Positions 47,507 to 48,853 of a stretch of DNA of 48,853 nucleotides are shown here, one piece after another. A program made the translations under genes and the position numbers. The notes under the pieces were generated by a model. It worked only from the letters and a program-made list of their open reading frames with translations, was not told the DNA's origin and ran no database searches. How positions within the stretch are numbered: the first letter of the stretch is position 1; each line of letters starts with the position of its first letter. Origin of the DNA: a bacterium (lineage in GTDB: Bacteria > Patescibacteriota > Patescibacteriia > Patescibacteriales > GWC2-42-12); assembly GCA_030655095.1 (NCBI GenBank), contig JAURWF010000062.1:1-48853 (forward strand). Direction: 5' to 3'.

Positions 47507-47735
47507 TTTGTATTTTTTAAAAATAATTAGAAAGTTGGTATTGTTGTTAAATAGCAAGCTAAAAATAATAGTAGATATTCCTCGTCAGCTTATTGCGAGG
47601 TTTCCTTGAGGGAAAGTTTGAAAACCGCAGTGGTTTTTCAAGATAAATTTCTACAATACAGGGCAACTTGTATTATCCGCTGTAATCGGTTATAATCCAC
47701 TATATGTAGTATAGCGTTAACATTTAACTAAGTAT

Positions 47736-48746
47736 ATGGACGACATTATCAAAAAATTTGATCATCGAATAAAAAATCCTGACCCACACATCGTGATTTT
47801 TTTGACTGAGGTTGATGGTATTCGGGGTGAATTTAAATCAAGTTTAAGAATGACTCCACAGGCAATAACTAATCTTCGTAAGTCTACGCTCATTACCTCG
47901 GCCGGTGCATCTAACCGTATTGAGGGAGGAAAACTAAACGATGAAGAGGTTGAGAAGGTTATGTGTGGACTTGCAGTCTCTAAGTTTGCGGATCGTGATT
48001 CTCAAGAAGTACAGGGTTATCTTGAAACGCTTCAGAATGTTTTTGATAGTTTTCAAACTTTGCCACTTCGGGAGAGTGTAATTACTTCGCTCCATAATCA
48101 GCTTCTTAAATACTCTAATAAGGATGATACGCATCGCGGCGGTTATAAAAAGAAAGAAAATGCGGTTGGTGTTCTCGGACCGGACGGTAACGTGGCGCGG
48201 ATAATGTTTGAGACGACAAAAGCATATCTCACTCCTAAAGAAATGCAGGAGCTCGTGGATTGGACAGTTGATGCACTTGAAAAAAATCGCTTCCATCAAC
48301 TTCTTATCATCGCCAATTTCATTGTTGAGTTTTTGAAAATCCATCCGTTTGAAGATGGCAACGGGCGGCTTTCACGTGTGCTTACGAATCTTTTGCTTTT
48401 GCGTTTTGGTTATCAGTTTGTGCAGTATGTCTCACACGAGCAGATTGTTGAACGTCGTAAGGATGAATATTATATTGCACTTCGCAAATCGCAGGAGACA
48501 TTTAAGACTGATCACGACACGATCTCCCCATGGCTCAACTTTTTTCTTTCGGTCGTTAAAGAGCAAGCCACAAAAGCTCTCACATATCTCGAAGAGGAAA
48601 AAATCGAGGACATACTTTCGTCTAAGCAATATGAGGTATGGAAATACCTATCAAGTGTCGAGGAAGCGGCTCCTGGTGAAATCGTTAAAGCGACAGACAT
48701 TGCGCTTGGCACAGCAGGCTGTCTAAAAAGCCCTTTAACAATTTAA
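47736..48746 (+). CDS. Fic domain protein (class II) whose C-terminal HTH is truncated by the IS end at 48714
   Basis: HPFEDGNGRLSR catalytic motif, SNRIEG inhibitory motif; the final residues GCLKSPLTI come from the repeat. Confidence 0.9.
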   Translation: MDDIIKKFDHRIKNPDPHIVIFLTEVDGIRGEFKSSLRMTPQAITNLRKSTLITSAGASNRIEGGKLNDEEVEKVMCGLAVSKFADRDSQEVQGYLETLQNVFDSFQTLPLRESVITSLHNQLLKYSNKDDTHRGGYKKKENAVGVLGPDGNVARIMFETTKAYLTPKEMQELVDWTVDALEKNRFHQLLIIANFIVEFLKIHPFEDGNGRLSRVLTNLLLLRFGYQFVQYVSHEQIVERRKDEYYIALRKSQETFKTDHDTISPWLNFFLSVVKEQATKALTYLEEEKIEDILSSKQYEVWKYLSSVEEAAPGEIVKATDIALGTAGCLKSPLTI

Positions 48747-48853
48747 TAAATCAGACAAATTAAGGCTATTTTGCCCTTAGACCATTGCTGGTAGCCTCAT
48801 TAAAGCAGCTAATTGTAATTTTTTTATATCTTTATTCTCTTTTTTAATCCAAT
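48714..48853 (-). mobile_element. Second, inverted copy of the putative IS right end
   Basis: Exact reverse complement of 2..141; interrupts the Fic gene. Confidence 0.72.

Noticed and set aside
2948..48726. Short antisense or overlapping ORFs in the track (e.g. 8414..8947, 22848..23273, 42990..43352, 47934..48344, 48349..48726)
   Set aside because: They are shadows of well-supported genes and have no recognisable motifs.
226..48746. Alternative genetic code (TGA or TAG recoding)
   Set aside because: Long conserved ORFs are intact under code 11, and both TGA (dapB, 29453) and TAG (lepB, ftsZ) act as normal stops.

Overview
AT-rich bacterial contig (genetic code 11). Gene content (VirB2/TrbC-like pilin fusions, TSP3-repeat surface proteins, short RelA/SpoT, leaders mostly without Shine-Dalgarno sites) points to a Patescibacteria/CPR genome, probably Parcubacteria; this is an inference. 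Both ends carry the same 140-bp IS-like end in inverted orientation, and the right copy truncates a Fic gene. From left to right: (1) a ~20-kb surface-glycan locus with ugd, an epimerase, glycosyltransferases (one split by a frameshift at an A8 tract, one three-domain 910-aa enzyme), FnlA/FnlC/RmlD-like enzymes, two methyltransferases, wzm/wzt and a priming transferase; (2) a foreign-looking lysA-dapL-dapB operon; (3) lepB-hisS-rpsU and relA/spoT; (4) a 12.6-kb cluster of pilin-fused and Cys-rich surface proteins, including one of 1813 aa; (5) ybeY-dgkA-ftsA-ftsZ. Small co-oriented selfish or defence genes are interleaved throughout: two AbiEi/AbiEii pairs, GxxExxY, Bro-N, HEPN/MNT, an orphan ParA and Fic. 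The most unusual non-coding signals are polar, inverted 7-9-mer tandem arrays at gene junctions (seen as filled, empty and half sites), several REP-like relics, scars of gene replacement (a gmd 5' stub and a duplicated epimerase 3' end), and a ~400-nt nested stem-loop region after ftsZ.
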